64,000 nt of DNA, from the IMG/VR virus record IMGVR_UViG_2836862175_000007, positions 13,538-77,537 of that record; one strand, given 5' to 3'. Positions 50,047 through 59,591 of the stretch are shown piece after piece. Origin of the DNA: a virus. Its lineage: Duplodnaviria; Caudoviricetes. The notes under the pieces are model-generated. The model saw only the letters and a list, made by a program, of their open reading frames with translations. It did not search any database and was not told the origin of the DNA. Position numbers and translations under genes: made by a program. Every line of letters starts with the position of its first letter. Position 1 is the first letter of the stretch.

Positions 50047-51567
50047 CTACGCGCCGGCCGTGGCGCTCGGCCCCGCCGGCGGGCCGCCGGACCCGATGGC
50101 CCCGTGTGACGGCGCGCCCGGGTGGTACCGCAACAGGCCGTCGCCGAACAGCGCGTACAGCACCCCGAGCGGGTTGTTGTACGCCCGGACCATGTGCTGC
50201 CGCGCGGCCAGCAGAGCCGCCCCCACCGGTTCCCCGCCCGCCCCCGGTGCGGCGGGGAGCACCTGCTTCCAGAACTCCTGGCCCAGTTCGAGCCCGAATG
50301 TGATGGGCGCCTCGTGGACGACCGCCACGCACCGCACCCGGTGCCCCCGGACCGGCCCATTGTTGGTGAACTGCCCGAAGACGGTCGTCGGTCCTAACCC
50401 GTCCAGCGGACCGGTCCCGCACCCGTTGAGGAACACCAGCACCGGCTTGCGCTGGTACTTCGGGATCCTCGCCCCGTCCATGTCGGCGGCCGTCAGTTGC
50501 TCCCAGTCCGCGGGGCCGGACCGGGGGGGCCGGAACTCGATCGAGCTGCCGGTCTGCACGTTCGCCCGTGCGACCTCCGCGTGGCCGAAGAACGATACCG
50601 CGTCCGCGTCGACGTGGCGGAGGGCGGCGCGGAAGTCGTCCCGTTGGTCGTGGTGGGTCGTGTCCACCCCAGGCCGCTGGAACGGGTGGCCCCGATCGCG
50701 GTGCCGATCGGCCGGATCGGCCGACGGGCACGTGGCCGCGACGATCCGGGGCGGCCGATTCTCGAACGCCCGCAGGGTCGACTGCCCCTGGGTCCACTTG
50801 AAGGCGGTCTCGAGCTGGTACTTCAGGCCCCAGCACGCCGCCGCCAGCTCGGGCGCGGAGGGCAGTTCGTCGGGGCGCCGGCCGAACAGGTCGGGCGCGG
50901 CGGGCAACTTGTCGGGGTGCCGGTCGAACAGGAGCCGCCACGGGAACGGTTCGGTCCAGTGGTCCGCCGGCGGCGGCAGGTGCGGCCGGTTGACGGGGTC
51001 CGCCCGGTCCTCTTGCGGCACCTTGAACACCACTTTGGGAGAGGCGCTCGCCAGGTACTCGCGGACCAGCGCGTGCGCCTCGGTCTGGTCCCAGTCGGGC
51101 CGCTCCTCGGGCGGGAGGTCGCTCGGCGCCCGCAGGTCCCCGACGAGCCGCTCGAACAGGTTCCGGTACATCTCGTACCCGTGAACCGCGAGCGGGCGCA
51201 AGAACGCGCCCAGCTCCCGGTCCCCGGCCCTCGGCAGGGCCGGATCGTACAGCGCGTACAGCGCCGGGTCGCGGCGGTGGGCGGCCTCCACGTGCGCGTC
51301 CAGTGCCGCGCGGATCAGGTCCCGGAAGGTCGCAAACGAGCCGTCGACGACGCCCTCGAACAGGGCCGTTGGTGGGCTCCCGTCCGAGGTGTCGTACCGG
51401 TGCCGGTCCAGGTACTCGCGGTGCGCCGTCCCGTACGTCGGGTCCAGCGGCACGTTGAGCACCACGTAGGCGCTCGGGGCGCTCGGATCGCGGTAGAACA
51501 GATCCACCCGGAGCGACCGCTCCTGGGGGGGGGGCGACAGAACGGCGGTCGTGGGGGCGCGGAGCAT
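50047..51567 (-). CDS. CHAT-domain (caspase-like) protease
   Basis: FPWRLL, WGLKYQLE, FFGHA (His), VFLNGCGTG (Cys), NPLGVLYALFG. Confidence 0.8.
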   Translation of the reverse strand: MLRAPTTAVLSPPPQERSLRVDLFYRDPSAPSAYVVLNVPLDPTYGTAHREYLDRHRYDTSDGSPPTALFEGVVDGSFATFRDLIRAALDAHVEAAHRRDPALYALYDPALPRAGDRELGAFLRPLAVHGYEMYRNLFERLVGDLRAPSDLPPEERPDWDQTEAHALVREYLASASPKVVFKVPQEDRADPVNRPHLPPPADHWTEPFPWRLLFDRHPDKLPAAPDLFGRRPDELPSAPELAAACWGLKYQLETAFKWTQGQSTLRAFENRPPRIVAATCPSADPADRHRDRGHPFQRPGVDTTHHDQRDDFRAALRHVDADAVSFFGHAEVARANVQTGSSIEFRPPRSGPADWEQLTAADMDGARIPKYQRKPVLVFLNGCGTGPLDGLGPTTVFGQFTNNGPVRGHRVRCVAVVHEAPITFGLELGQEFWKQVLPAAPGAGGEPVGAALLAARQHMVRAYNNPLGVLYALFGDGLLRYHPGAPSHGAIGSGGPPAGPSATAGA

Positions 51568-51633
51568 GACGGTGGCGTGACCGAAAGGGTGGCGGGCGCC
51601 GAGGCCGCGCGTTCGCGGCGCGCGGCGCCGGGC

Positions 51634-53052
51634 TCAGCCGACAGCGGCGGCCGGCTCGACGGTGAAGTATTGGGACGCCGTGTACACGTCGGAGTCGTGC
51701 CGGTCCACGAGGGCCAGGTGCAGGTACTGCCGGCCGGCGGCCCGGGGCCGGAACGTGAACTCGACGGACTGGCCCGGTTGCGGGGGCGTCGAGAGGTACC
51801 GCTCGGCCGGGAGCACCCGGCTGCCGGTCGCGAACACCCGCACCGCCACCACCTCCCCGGGCCCCGCCGGCACCCAGTTGTAGTGGCCGTTGTAGTGATC
51901 TTCCGTGTTCGCCACGTCAGCTTTCGCGACCACCGCCCGCAGGGTCGCTTCGTGCCCCACGGTCAAGGGTCCGCCGTCCCGCGCGCCGATCTCCAGAACC
52001 AGGATGAACTGATCCATTTCGCTTCCCCCGTTGGGGGGCGATGTTCCCTCCGCTTGAGGGGCGAGTTGTTCGCCCAACCCGGTCAACTCGTCCCGCACCT
52101 CGGCCCGCACCCGCCGCAGCGCCTCGAGTGCCGCGGCCCTCTGAGGTGCAAATGACGGCCGGGCGGCCAAGCACTGATCGAGCCAGGCGACCGCCGGGGG
52201 GCTGCGGAACAGCTCGTTCCGGACGTGCTCGCCCCAGATCGTGCGCACGCGCTCCGGCGCCCGTCCGGCGCCGATCCCGTGCAACAGCGGCAGCCACCGC
52301 TCCAGCGCTCGCAGCGCGACCTCCGGGTCCGGTTCCGCGTTCCGAACCGAAGAGCGGACCGGAGCGGCCCCTGGCTCTACACCATTGTTCGGCGGCCGCG
52401 GCACAGAAGGCAAGGGCAACCGGGCGCCCGCGCCGGCCGCCGGCCGCACGAACGGACCCGGCACAGAAGGGGCGGGTTCACTCGCCCACGCCGAATCCGT
52501 CGCCCCCACCGCGACGGCCGCGGGGGTCCTCTGCGCCCGCACGCCCTGGACCGCCTTGAGGATGCCCGCGAGGTCCGCACCCGGCGCCGTGAGCGCCCCG
52601 GCCAGCGCGGCGCCCGGCGCGAGCACCGCGGCGAGGACTTCGCCGATCGCCTCTTGCTTGGTCGGCACCTTGGCGAGCTGCGCCAGGGTCATGGTCTCGC
52701 CGTCGGCGATGCCGACCTTCTCTTTGACCTTCTCGGGCACCTTCAGGTCCGGGCGGATCAGCTTGAGAGCCGCCTCCACCGCGGTCCCGAGGGACTTCGC
52801 GCTGTCGGCCCCCCAGCACAGAAGGGTCGGGCCGGAGCCCGTCTCCACCGTCATGCCGTTCTCGCTGAACACCTTCCGCACGAAGCTGTTCTTGACCATC
52901 TTCACGCGAACCTTCTTCTCGCGAAGGCTCTTGCGAAGCGTGTAGTCGGCCGCGGAGTCCAGCTTCAGCGGCTCCAGCAGCACGAAGTCCCGCACGCCCT
53001 GGAAGGTCTTGCGGAGGCTGTTCAGCTCCAGCTCCTTGATCTTCTTGCTCAT
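51634..53052 (-). CDS. rplJ: ribosomal protein uL10 fused to linker, helical and Ig-like domains
   Basis: LRKSLREKKVRVKMVKNSFVR, GPTLLCWG, LAKVPTKQEAIGEVL..APGAALAG in first ~168 aa; ~300 extra aa. Confidence 0.88.
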   Translation of the reverse strand: MSKKIKELELNSLRKTFQGVRDFVLLEPLKLDSAADYTLRKSLREKKVRVKMVKNSFVRKVFSENGMTVETGSGPTLLCWGADSAKSLGTAVEAALKLIRPDLKVPEKVKEKVGIADGETMTLAQLAKVPTKQEAIGEVLAAVLAPGAALAGALTAPGADLAGILKAVQGVRAQRTPAAVAVGATDSAWASEPAPSVPGPFVRPAAGAGARLPLPSVPRPPNNGVEPGAAPVRSSVRNAEPDPEVALRALERWLPLLHGIGAGRAPERVRTIWGEHVRNELFRSPPAVAWLDQCLAARPSFAPQRAAALEALRRVRAEVRDELTGLGEQLAPQAEGTSPPNGGSEMDQFILVLEIGARDGGPLTVGHEATLRAVVAKADVANTEDHYNGHYNWVPAGPGEVVAVRVFATGSRVLPAERYLSTPPQPGQSVEFTFRPRAAGRQYLHLALVDRHDSDVYTASQYFTVEPAAAVG

Positions 53053-53603
53053 GTTCGGGGTCCTGCCCCCGGGGCGGCCGGGCGCGGCGCGTTCGTGAGG
53101 AGCCGCAAGGAGTCGGACATTTCGCGCGCGATCGCCTCCAGTTCGGCGATCGACCCGGCCGCCTCGATCCGGGGCACGAACCGGGCCGCCAGCAGGCTCA
53201 CGGTGATCCGATCGACCTCCATGCGCCGCAACTGGTTCAGAAGGAAGACCACCAGCGGCGGCGGGCCGACGGTGAACAGGTACGTTAAGTTCGACGGGTC
53301 CTCACTGGTCATGAGGCGCACGGCCGCGAACACGAACCCGACCCCGAGCGCGACCAAGAAGACGAGCAGGACGAACTGGACCCACCACGACACGCTCGAC
53401 CGGAGCCGCTCACCCACCCGCCGGTCCAAGTCGCGGGCCGCGGCGAGGAGCCGGGTGCGGACCTCTTCGATTCCCGCCGCGGCTCGCGCGCGGCTGCCGA
53501 GCGTGATGTCGGGGCCGTGAAGCAGACCTTGCTGCACCTGCTCCGCGGTGGCGATCACCGCACCGAGCTGGAGCGCGCGGGCCGTCGATGAGCGAATGGG
53601 CAT
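53049..53603 (-). CDS. two-TM membrane protein
   Basis: Two hydrophobic helices; ATGA overlap with uL10 fusion. Confidence 0.7.
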   Translation of the reverse strand: MPIRSSTARALQLGAVIATAEQVQQGLLHGPDITLGSRARAAAGIEEVRTRLLAAARDLDRRVGERLRSSVSWWVQFVLLVFLVALGVGFVFAAVRLMTSEDPSNLTYLFTVGPPPLVVFLLNQLRRMEVDRITVSLLAARFVPRIEAAGSIAELEAIAREMSDSLRLLTNAPRPAAPGAGPRT

Positions 53604-53706
53604 TGCGATCACTCCGGACAAGGGCACGGTCGGAGAGGTCGGCTGGAAACCCTTGTGATAGTCGAACTGGCAACCGGCGTCCAGACAGGGTCGGCCGAAT
53701 GCACGC

Positions 53707-54042
53707 TCATACGACCGGCGCGGGGAGCACCGACAGGTACGCCGCGGCGGAGGCCATCTCTTCCCCGCCGACGAGCAGCTCGACGTGTAGGTGCGCCGGC
53801 CCCGCGGCCGAGCAGCACACAAGGAAGGTGGCGTCGGCGGGGAGCCGCACGTCGCGGCCCACCGGCGTCGCCCGCACCCCGGCCCCGAGGACCAGCACCT
53901 CCGCGGGCACCGGGGAACCGAGGTCGCCCCTCACGCGTAACGCGAACGGCACTCCCGCGCGGGCCACGTACCGCCCGTCGGCCGGGCCGGGCAAGTCGAG
54001 TTCCAGCGTGAGCGGCTCGGCAACGCGCGCGGTGTCGGACAT
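53707..54042 (-). CDS. stand-alone Ig-like beta-sandwich protein
   Basis: Pattern (F...AAG..LH..L) resembles the C-terminal domain of the uL10 fusion. Confidence 0.6.
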   Translation of the reverse strand: MSDTARVAEPLTLELDLPGPADGRYVARAGVPFALRVRGDLGSPVPAEVLVLGAGVRATPVGRDVRLPADATFLVCCSAAGPAHLHVELLVGGEEMASAAAYLSVLPAPVV

Positions 54043-54114
54043 TCTGCCCCCGAGCCACGGTTGGGAGTGAACGGCGAACGTACCAAGCGTAGCGCACGCC
54101 ACCCGCGGATGCAG

Positions 54115-54428
54115 TCAGGTTCCGCCGCATAGTAAAATTCGCTCCCGTGTCAAGCCCGCGCGACCGGAGCGCCCGGCGCTCCCGTACCGGCGGCGGGCGG
54201 TTTCCGCCGCAGTGCCACACACCCCTCCCCCTTCGCCCGCGCCAGCGCCTTCACCGTCGCCGGCAAGGTCGGTCACCCGGGGCGGGGCCGTGCCCTCGTC
54301 GCGCACCCAGGCGGCTTCGATCCCGCGGCCTGCTCCTGGAGCCAGTCGGCGTACACGAGGCGCGGGGTGTCGTCGGCGGGCGCGGCGATGATGGCGGCCA
54401 GCAGCGCGGCCTCTTCGGGGTCGGTCAT
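54115..54428 (-). pseudogene. chimeric, frameshifted TIGR02996 remnant
   Basis: 5' end matches 47567-type gene (..DWLQEQA), joined out of frame to array-type GIEAAWVRDEG. Confidence 0.75.
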
Positions 54429-54432
54429 GGTG

Positions 54433-55188
54433 CTACTCCCCTGGGTGCGCCCGCAGGAACGCTTCCACCGCAGCCGTGGTCGGGATGATCCCGCACGCCT
54501 CCAGCATCACCACCTCGCCCGGCGCCTCACGCGACAGCCGGCACGCACCCGGCACCACCGCGAAGTCGAATAGCGTCAGCCGACCGCCCTCCCAGGAGAA
54601 GATCTGACGCGCCTTCCCCAGCACCACCTCGCGCCCGTGGTGGCCCCGGTACTCCCCGCACACGCAACCCTGGTCCCGCGAACGCACAATCACATACGCA
54701 CCCGAAACCGGCATGGGAACTTCCTCGTGGGGGATCAGGTGTTGAAGCTTTCGTGTGGCGATGCGGCCGGCGCGGCCGCCGTCCCCTTCGCCTACGCCGA
54801 TTCCGCGGCCGCCTAAGCCGCTGCCGTAGCCGTGGCCGTCGCCGCGGCCGCTGCTGTAGCCGTGGCCGTAGACGCCGTGGCTGTAGCTGCGACCGCCGTA
54901 GCCGTAGCCGTAGCCGTCCCCGTGGCTGCCGTCGTCGCCGTGACGGTCGTCGTCGTCGCTGTAGTCGCAGCCGTCGCTCTGGCCGTCGCCGTTGCCTTTG
55001 CCCTCGCCGTGGCCGCTGCCACCGAGTTCGGTCACCCGGGGCGGGGCCGTGCCCTCGTCGCGCACCCAGGCGGCTTCGAGGCCGCGGCCGTGCTCGTCGA
55101 GCCAGTCCGCGTACGCGAGCCGCGCCGTGAACTCGCCGGGTGCCGCGCCGATGGCGCGAAGGAGGGCGGCCTCTTCGGGGTCGGTCAT
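54433..55188 (-). CDS. TIGR02996-Gly-rich-DUF6948-like protein, copy 3
   Basis: Same architecture. Confidence 0.85.
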   Translation of the reverse strand: MTDPEEAALLRAIGAAPGEFTARLAYADWLDEHGRGLEAAWVRDEGTAPPRVTELGGSGHGEGKGNGDGQSDGCDYSDDDDRHGDDGSHGDGYGYGYGGRSYSHGVYGHGYSSGRGDGHGYGSGLGGRGIGVGEGDGGRAGRIATRKLQHLIPHEEVPMPVSGAYVIVRSRDQGCVCGEYRGHHGREVVLGKARQIFSWEGGRLTLFDFAVVPGACRLSREAPGEVVMLEACGIIPTTAAVEAFLRAHPGE

Positions 55189-55192
55189 GGGC

Positions 55193-55903
55193 TCACTCGC
55201 CCGGGTGTGCCCGCAGGAACGCCTCGACCTCGGGCGTGGTGGGGATGATCCCGCACGCCTCCAGCATCACCACCTCCCCCGGCGCCTCCCGCGACAGCCG
55301 GCACGCACCCGGCACCACCGCGAAGTCGAACAGCGTCAGCCGACCGCCCTCCCACGAATAAATCTGACGCGCCTTCCCCAGCACCACCTCCCGCCCGTGG
55401 TGACCCCGGTACTCGCCGCACACGCAACCCTGGTCACGCGAACGCACGATCACATACGCACCCGGCAACGGCATGGGAACCTCCTCGTGTGTAATGTGGG
55501 GCTTGTTTGGGGTTCCGTAGCCGCCGTGGCCGTAGCCACCGCCGTTCCCATAGCCGCGGGCGTAACCGCTTTCCAAGCCGCTACCGGTGCCGTCGATGTC
55601 GCAGTAGCCGAAACCGCCGCGGCTTTCACCGCTGCCGGTGCCATCGCCGTGGCCGTTGTTGAGGTCGTCGTTGTGACCCCGGTCGTTGTCACCATCGCCG
55701 CCGCCGTCACCCGCACCAGCGCCTTCACCGTCGCCAGCAAGTTCGGTCACGCCGGGCGGGGGTAAGCCCTCGTCGCGCACCCAGGCGGCTTCGATCCCGC
55801 GCCCGTGCTCGTCGAGCCAGTCCGCATACGCGAGCCGCCCCGTCACATCGCCCGGCACGGCGGCGATGGCGCGGAGCAGCGCGGCTTCGTCGGGGTCGGT
55901 CAT
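55193..55903 (-). CDS. TIGR02996-Gly-rich-DUF6948-like protein, copy 2
   Basis: Same architecture; middle close to copy 5. Confidence 0.85.
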   Translation of the reverse strand: MTDPDEAALLRAIAAVPGDVTGRLAYADWLDEHGRGIEAAWVRDEGLPPPGVTELAGDGEGAGAGDGGGDGDNDRGHNDDLNNGHGDGTGSGESRGGFGYCDIDGTGSGLESGYARGYGNGGGYGHGGYGTPNKPHITHEEVPMPLPGAYVIVRSRDQGCVCGEYRGHHGREVVLGKARQIYSWEGGRLTLFDFAVVPGACRLSREAPGEVVMLEACGIIPTTPEVEAFLRAHPGE

Positions 55904-55908
55904 GGGTG

Positions 55909-56631
55909 TCACTCGCCCGGGTGCGCGCGCAGGAACGCCTCGACCTCGGGCGTCGTCGGGATGATGCCGCACGCCTCCAGCATCACCACCTCGCCCGGCG
56001 CCTCGCGCGACAGCCGGCACGGCCCCGGCACCACCGCGAAGTCGAACAGCGTCAGACGACCGCCCTCCCACGAATAGATCTGACGCGCCTTCCCCAGCAC
56101 CACCTCCCGACCGTGGTGACCCCGGTACTCACCGCACACGCAACCCTGATCCCGCGAACGCACGATCACATACGCACCGGGTGAAGGCATGGAAACTTCC
56201 TCGTGTGTAATGTGGGGCTTGTCTGGGGTTCCGTAGCCGCCGTTGCCGTAGTCGCGGCCGTTGCCGTAGCCAGCACCGTTGCCGCCCCCCCCACCGTAGG
56301 GGCCGAGGCCGCAGCCGTGTCCCTCGCCTTCGCCCTCGCCATCGCCCTCACCGCGGCCGTCGCCCTCACCGCGGCCGTCGCCACCGCCGTGGCCACCGCC
56401 CTCGCCGGCACCGTAGCCGCCGCCCCCACCGTTGCCGGCGTTGTGGCCAGGACCGTCACCCTCGCCAGCAAGGTCGGTCACCCACGGCGGGGCCGTGCCC
56501 TCGTCGCGCACCCAGGCGGCTTCGATGCCGCGGCCGTGCTCGTCGAGCCAGTCCGCATACGCGAGCCGGGCCGTGACGTCGCCGGGCGCGGCGGCGATGG
56601 CGCGAAGGAGGGCGGCTTCTTCCACGGTCAC
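55909..56631 (-). CDS. TIGR02996-Gly-rich-DUF6948-like protein, copy 1
   Basis: Same architecture; GTG start. Confidence 0.85.
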   Translation of the reverse strand: MTVEEAALLRAIAAAPGDVTARLAYADWLDEHGRGIEAAWVRDEGTAPPWVTDLAGEGDGPGHNAGNGGGGGYGAGEGGGHGGGDGRGEGDGRGEGDGEGEGEGHGCGLGPYGGGGGNGAGYGNGRDYGNGGYGTPDKPHITHEEVSMPSPGAYVIVRSRDQGCVCGEYRGHHGREVVLGKARQIYSWEGGRLTLFDFAVVPGPCRLSREAPGEVVMLEACGIIPTTPEVEAFLRAHPGE

Positions 56632-56760
56632 GGCAGTTCCGCTCCAGTCGTTCCGGGTCGGTCCGGCGGCTCGCGTCTTCAAGTGTTCCTGCAAACGTAC
56701 ACGGCGCGTGTGCGCGGTTCCAGGGCGGGCGCGTTCGTTCCCGAGGTGATGCGCCCCCAC

Positions 56761-58296
56761 TTACGCCACCAGTTCCTGCAAGCGGATCACGGCGGTGGCC
56801 AGCGCGTCCGGGCCGTCGTCGTGGTCGCCGTTGGGCCAGTCCCGGAGCTGCTCCACCAGCACCCGACCGCCCGGGGTGCCGCGCACCCGGATCTGACCGC
56901 GGCGCAGGTAGTCGTTCAGCGCCCGGATGCGGATCGCCTTCGGCGCGCTGTTGATCTTCTCCGTGTACACGAACGACAGCACCCGCCCCTGCTCCCGCCG
57001 CTCCCGCAGCACCCGCTCCGCCGCCGGCCGCAGCAGCCCCATCGTGTTGTTCGCCTCCGCCACCAGTTCCACCGGCCGCCACTCCGCCGCGATGTCGATC
57101 GCCCGCTCCACCCAGCCCGGCTCCCGACGCAGCTCCGCGTCCACGTACAGCAGCCCGAACCGCGACAGCCCCAGCTTCACGTGCGCCTGGTAGTCCGCCT
57201 TGTCGCTCACACCCTTCGACGGGTCCAGGCTTTGCAGCCGCACCACCAAATCCGACGGCCAGTCCGTGAACCACAGGTCCGGCCGGTCGAAGCACTCGGG
57301 CGGCCACTCGGCCCCCTCCAGCGTGCCCGGTACGCCCTGGTACTCGCTCTCGAAGGCGCTGCCGCCCACCGCCGCGCGTACCAGCATCAGGTCAACGAGT
57401 GGGAAGCGGTCCGGCCAGTACACCACCCCGCCCCGGTCCATCTCCGCGCGGTGCTCGGCGTAGAACGCCCGCGCCGTCGCCTCCCGCCCGTCGTCCGCCA
57501 TGTTCGAGGCGATCCGCTCGAAATCCGCCCACAAATCGGCCCGTTCCGGCCACGCATGCACCGCCCGGTGGACCCGCCCGGACCACCCCGGGAGCTGCCC
57601 CAGCCGCACCGCCACCGCTTCCCGGTGCAGCGCGCTGCCCACCGCCAGGAAGTTGGTTCGCTCGTTCCCCGCCGGGATCACCTCGCGCGTCGCCCACTCC
57701 CACGCGCGGCGGCGCATGACCGGACTGGTCACGTCCTCGTTGCTCTGAATGTCGTCGAAAATGATCAAACTCGGGCGCTCACTCCGGTTCCGCCGGCCGC
57801 GCACCTTTTTGCCGCTCCCCAGAGCTTCCACCAGCGACCCGTTCCGCAGCCGGATGCGCGACTGCTTCCACTCCGGCCCCGGCCCGGTCGCCTCCGGGTA
57901 CGCCGCGGCCAGCACCTCGTTCTCTTCCAGCTCCTTGCGGATGTGGCGCAGGTGCAGGTCGGCCTGGTCGCTGGAGTCGGACAGGATCAGGGTGTACGGC
58001 TCCCACCCCTCGGCGGCGCACCGGAGCGGGTACGCCAGGGTCTTCCACGTACTTTTGGCCCCGCCCCGGGGGGCGATGTCGGACCGCTTCACCCCGCGGG
58101 TGAGGTGCAGGTTGTGCAGCTCGCGGTCGAACAGGGCGTGGAAGTCCGCGGGCGGGAACCGGCCGAAGTAGTGCGGCAGGAACCGGGCGTTCCACGCGCC
58201 CGGGGTGAGGTCACGGGCGCCCGCCCGTTCCGCCGCCCCCCACAGGCGGCGGAGCGAAGAGGGGCCGCAGGGCAGCGAGCAGTCGGTCGAGTTCAT
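56761..58296 (-). CDS. terL: terminase large subunit
   Basis: APRGGAKST (Walker A), IIFDDIQ, SLDPSKG, HDDGPDA; start uncertain. Confidence 0.92.
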   Translation of the reverse strand: MNSTDCSLPCGPSSLRRLWGAAERAGARDLTPGAWNARFLPHYFGRFPPADFHALFDRELHNLHLTRGVKRSDIAPRGGAKSTWKTLAYPLRCAAEGWEPYTLILSDSSDQADLHLRHIRKELEENEVLAAAYPEATGPGPEWKQSRIRLRNGSLVEALGSGKKVRGRRNRSERPSLIIFDDIQSNEDVTSPVMRRRAWEWATREVIPAGNERTNFLAVGSALHREAVAVRLGQLPGWSGRVHRAVHAWPERADLWADFERIASNMADDGREATARAFYAEHRAEMDRGGVVYWPDRFPLVDLMLVRAAVGGSAFESEYQGVPGTLEGAEWPPECFDRPDLWFTDWPSDLVVRLQSLDPSKGVSDKADYQAHVKLGLSRFGLLYVDAELRREPGWVERAIDIAAEWRPVELVAEANNTMGLLRPAAERVLRERREQGRVLSFVYTEKINSAPKAIRIRALNDYLRRGQIRVRGTPGGRVLVEQLRDWPNGDHDDGPDALATAVIRLQELVA

Positions 58297-58966
58297 CGGC
58301 GGTGATCCCCGACAGGTCGGGCAGGTCCGTGTCTTTGGCCGCGCCGGCGTCCGTGAACATACCCAGGTGCCGGGCCACGGTGACCAGGGCGGCCTGCTGG
58401 TCGTTGAGCCGGGCTTCCACCCCGTCCTTGGTCTGCTTCACCCCGGCCCACAGCGCGCGGGCGCCCGGGGACAGTCGCCGCGTGTCCTTCACGTACACCG
58501 CCCCCACCCCGTCCCCGAAGCACTCGGGGCACTTGGGGGCCGGGGGGCGGCGCGGGTCGTACCCGGGGCCGCCCAGCGGGTCGAACGGCTCGTCGGCCTT
58601 CTTGCCTTCGGCGTGGGCGGCGCGGGCGGCGTCCAGCTCGCTCTGGGTCCAGTGGTAGCGGTGCCCGTCCCCGTGGCAGTACCGGCAGCAGGTGCGGCGG
58701 TGCTCGATGATCTCGTTCGGGTCGGCGGTGGCGATGAGCCACAGCCGCTGGAGCACGGCGTCCGGGGTGAGGGCGGGCCGCTCGGGCGGCTTGGCGCACC
58801 CGGTGGCCGCCGCGATGGCCGCGGCGATCGGCGGCTTCTTCAGGTTCTGCTCGCCGATCTTCCGCGCCGAGTGCGTGCTGTACCCGGCCCGCACCGCCGC
58901 CCCCGACGGGCTCCGGTCCACGAGGTACTCCTGCACGAACCGCTGCTGCCGGGGAGTGAGTTTCAT
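58211..58966 (-). CDS. terS: terminase small subunit with Zn-finger
   Basis: LTPRQQRFVQEYLVD..AAVRAGYS; CRYC..CPECFGDG; HLGMF. Confidence 0.92.
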   Translation of the reverse strand: MKLTPRQQRFVQEYLVDRSPSGAAVRAGYSTHSARKIGEQNLKKPPIAAAIAAATGCAKPPERPALTPDAVLQRLWLIATADPNEIIEHRRTCCRYCHGDGHRYHWTQSELDAARAAHAEGKKADEPFDPLGGPGYDPRRPPAPKCPECFGDGVGAVYVKDTRRLSPGARALWAGVKQTKDGVEARLNDQQAALVTVARHLGMFTDAGAAKDTDLPDLSGITADELDRLLAALRPLFAPPPVGGGGTGGRP

Positions 58967-58994
58967 GCGCGCACCGAAAGAATGACGGGAGCAA

Positions 58995-59575
58995 AGGCAA
59001 CCTACCCCCCGGCCCCAAAGACAACCTACCCCCCGGCCCCCTCCCTGAAGGGAGGGGGTGGCGCCGGGAGGAGTGGTCCCCGTGCGAGAGGCGCGCGCGG
59101 GGCAACCTACCCCCCGGCCCCCTCCCTAAAGGGAAGGGGTGGCGCCGGGAACGCTGGTCCCGGTGCGAGAGGCGCGCGCGGGGCAACCTACCCCCCGGCC
59201 CCCTCCCTAAAGGGAAGGGGAGGAAGACCGCCTTGGTCCCGGTGCGAAAGGAACACGCGGGGGCGACCCACCCCCAACCCCTCCCTGCAGGGAGGGGAGG
59301 AAGGCACGGGCGCACCGATTCCGCCTCGGGTGCCCGGGCGCCTTTGCTCCCCTCCCTGCAGGGAGGGGCCGGGGGTTGGTCTACGCTCGGCGCGCGTGTC
59401 GCGTCGGGACCACTCCTCTCGGCGCCACCCCCTCCCTTTAGGGAGGGGGCCGGGGGGTAGGTTGCCCCGCACGCGCCCCCTCCCGCTCCGGGACCACTCG
59501 TCCCGGCGCCACCCCCTCCCTTCAGGGAGGGGCCGGGGTGGGTTGCCTTTGCTCCCCCTCCCTTCAGGGAGGGCG
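58995..59575. repeat. CCCTCCCT(G/A)AAGGGAGGG palindrome cluster
   Basis: Several tandem and inverted units. Confidence 0.9.
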
Positions 59576-59591
59576 AGTGCCTTTTGCCTTT

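Noticed and set aside
51634-53052. Host ribosomal L11-L1-L10-L12 operon
   Set aside because: No rplK, rplA, rplL or rpoB nearby; the gene is fused and embedded in prophage cargo
47567-56631. Diversity-generating retroelement as cause of the variable paralogs or the 21-23 kb duplication
   Set aside because: No reverse transcriptase in the window; variation is indel and block-wise rather than adenine-specific
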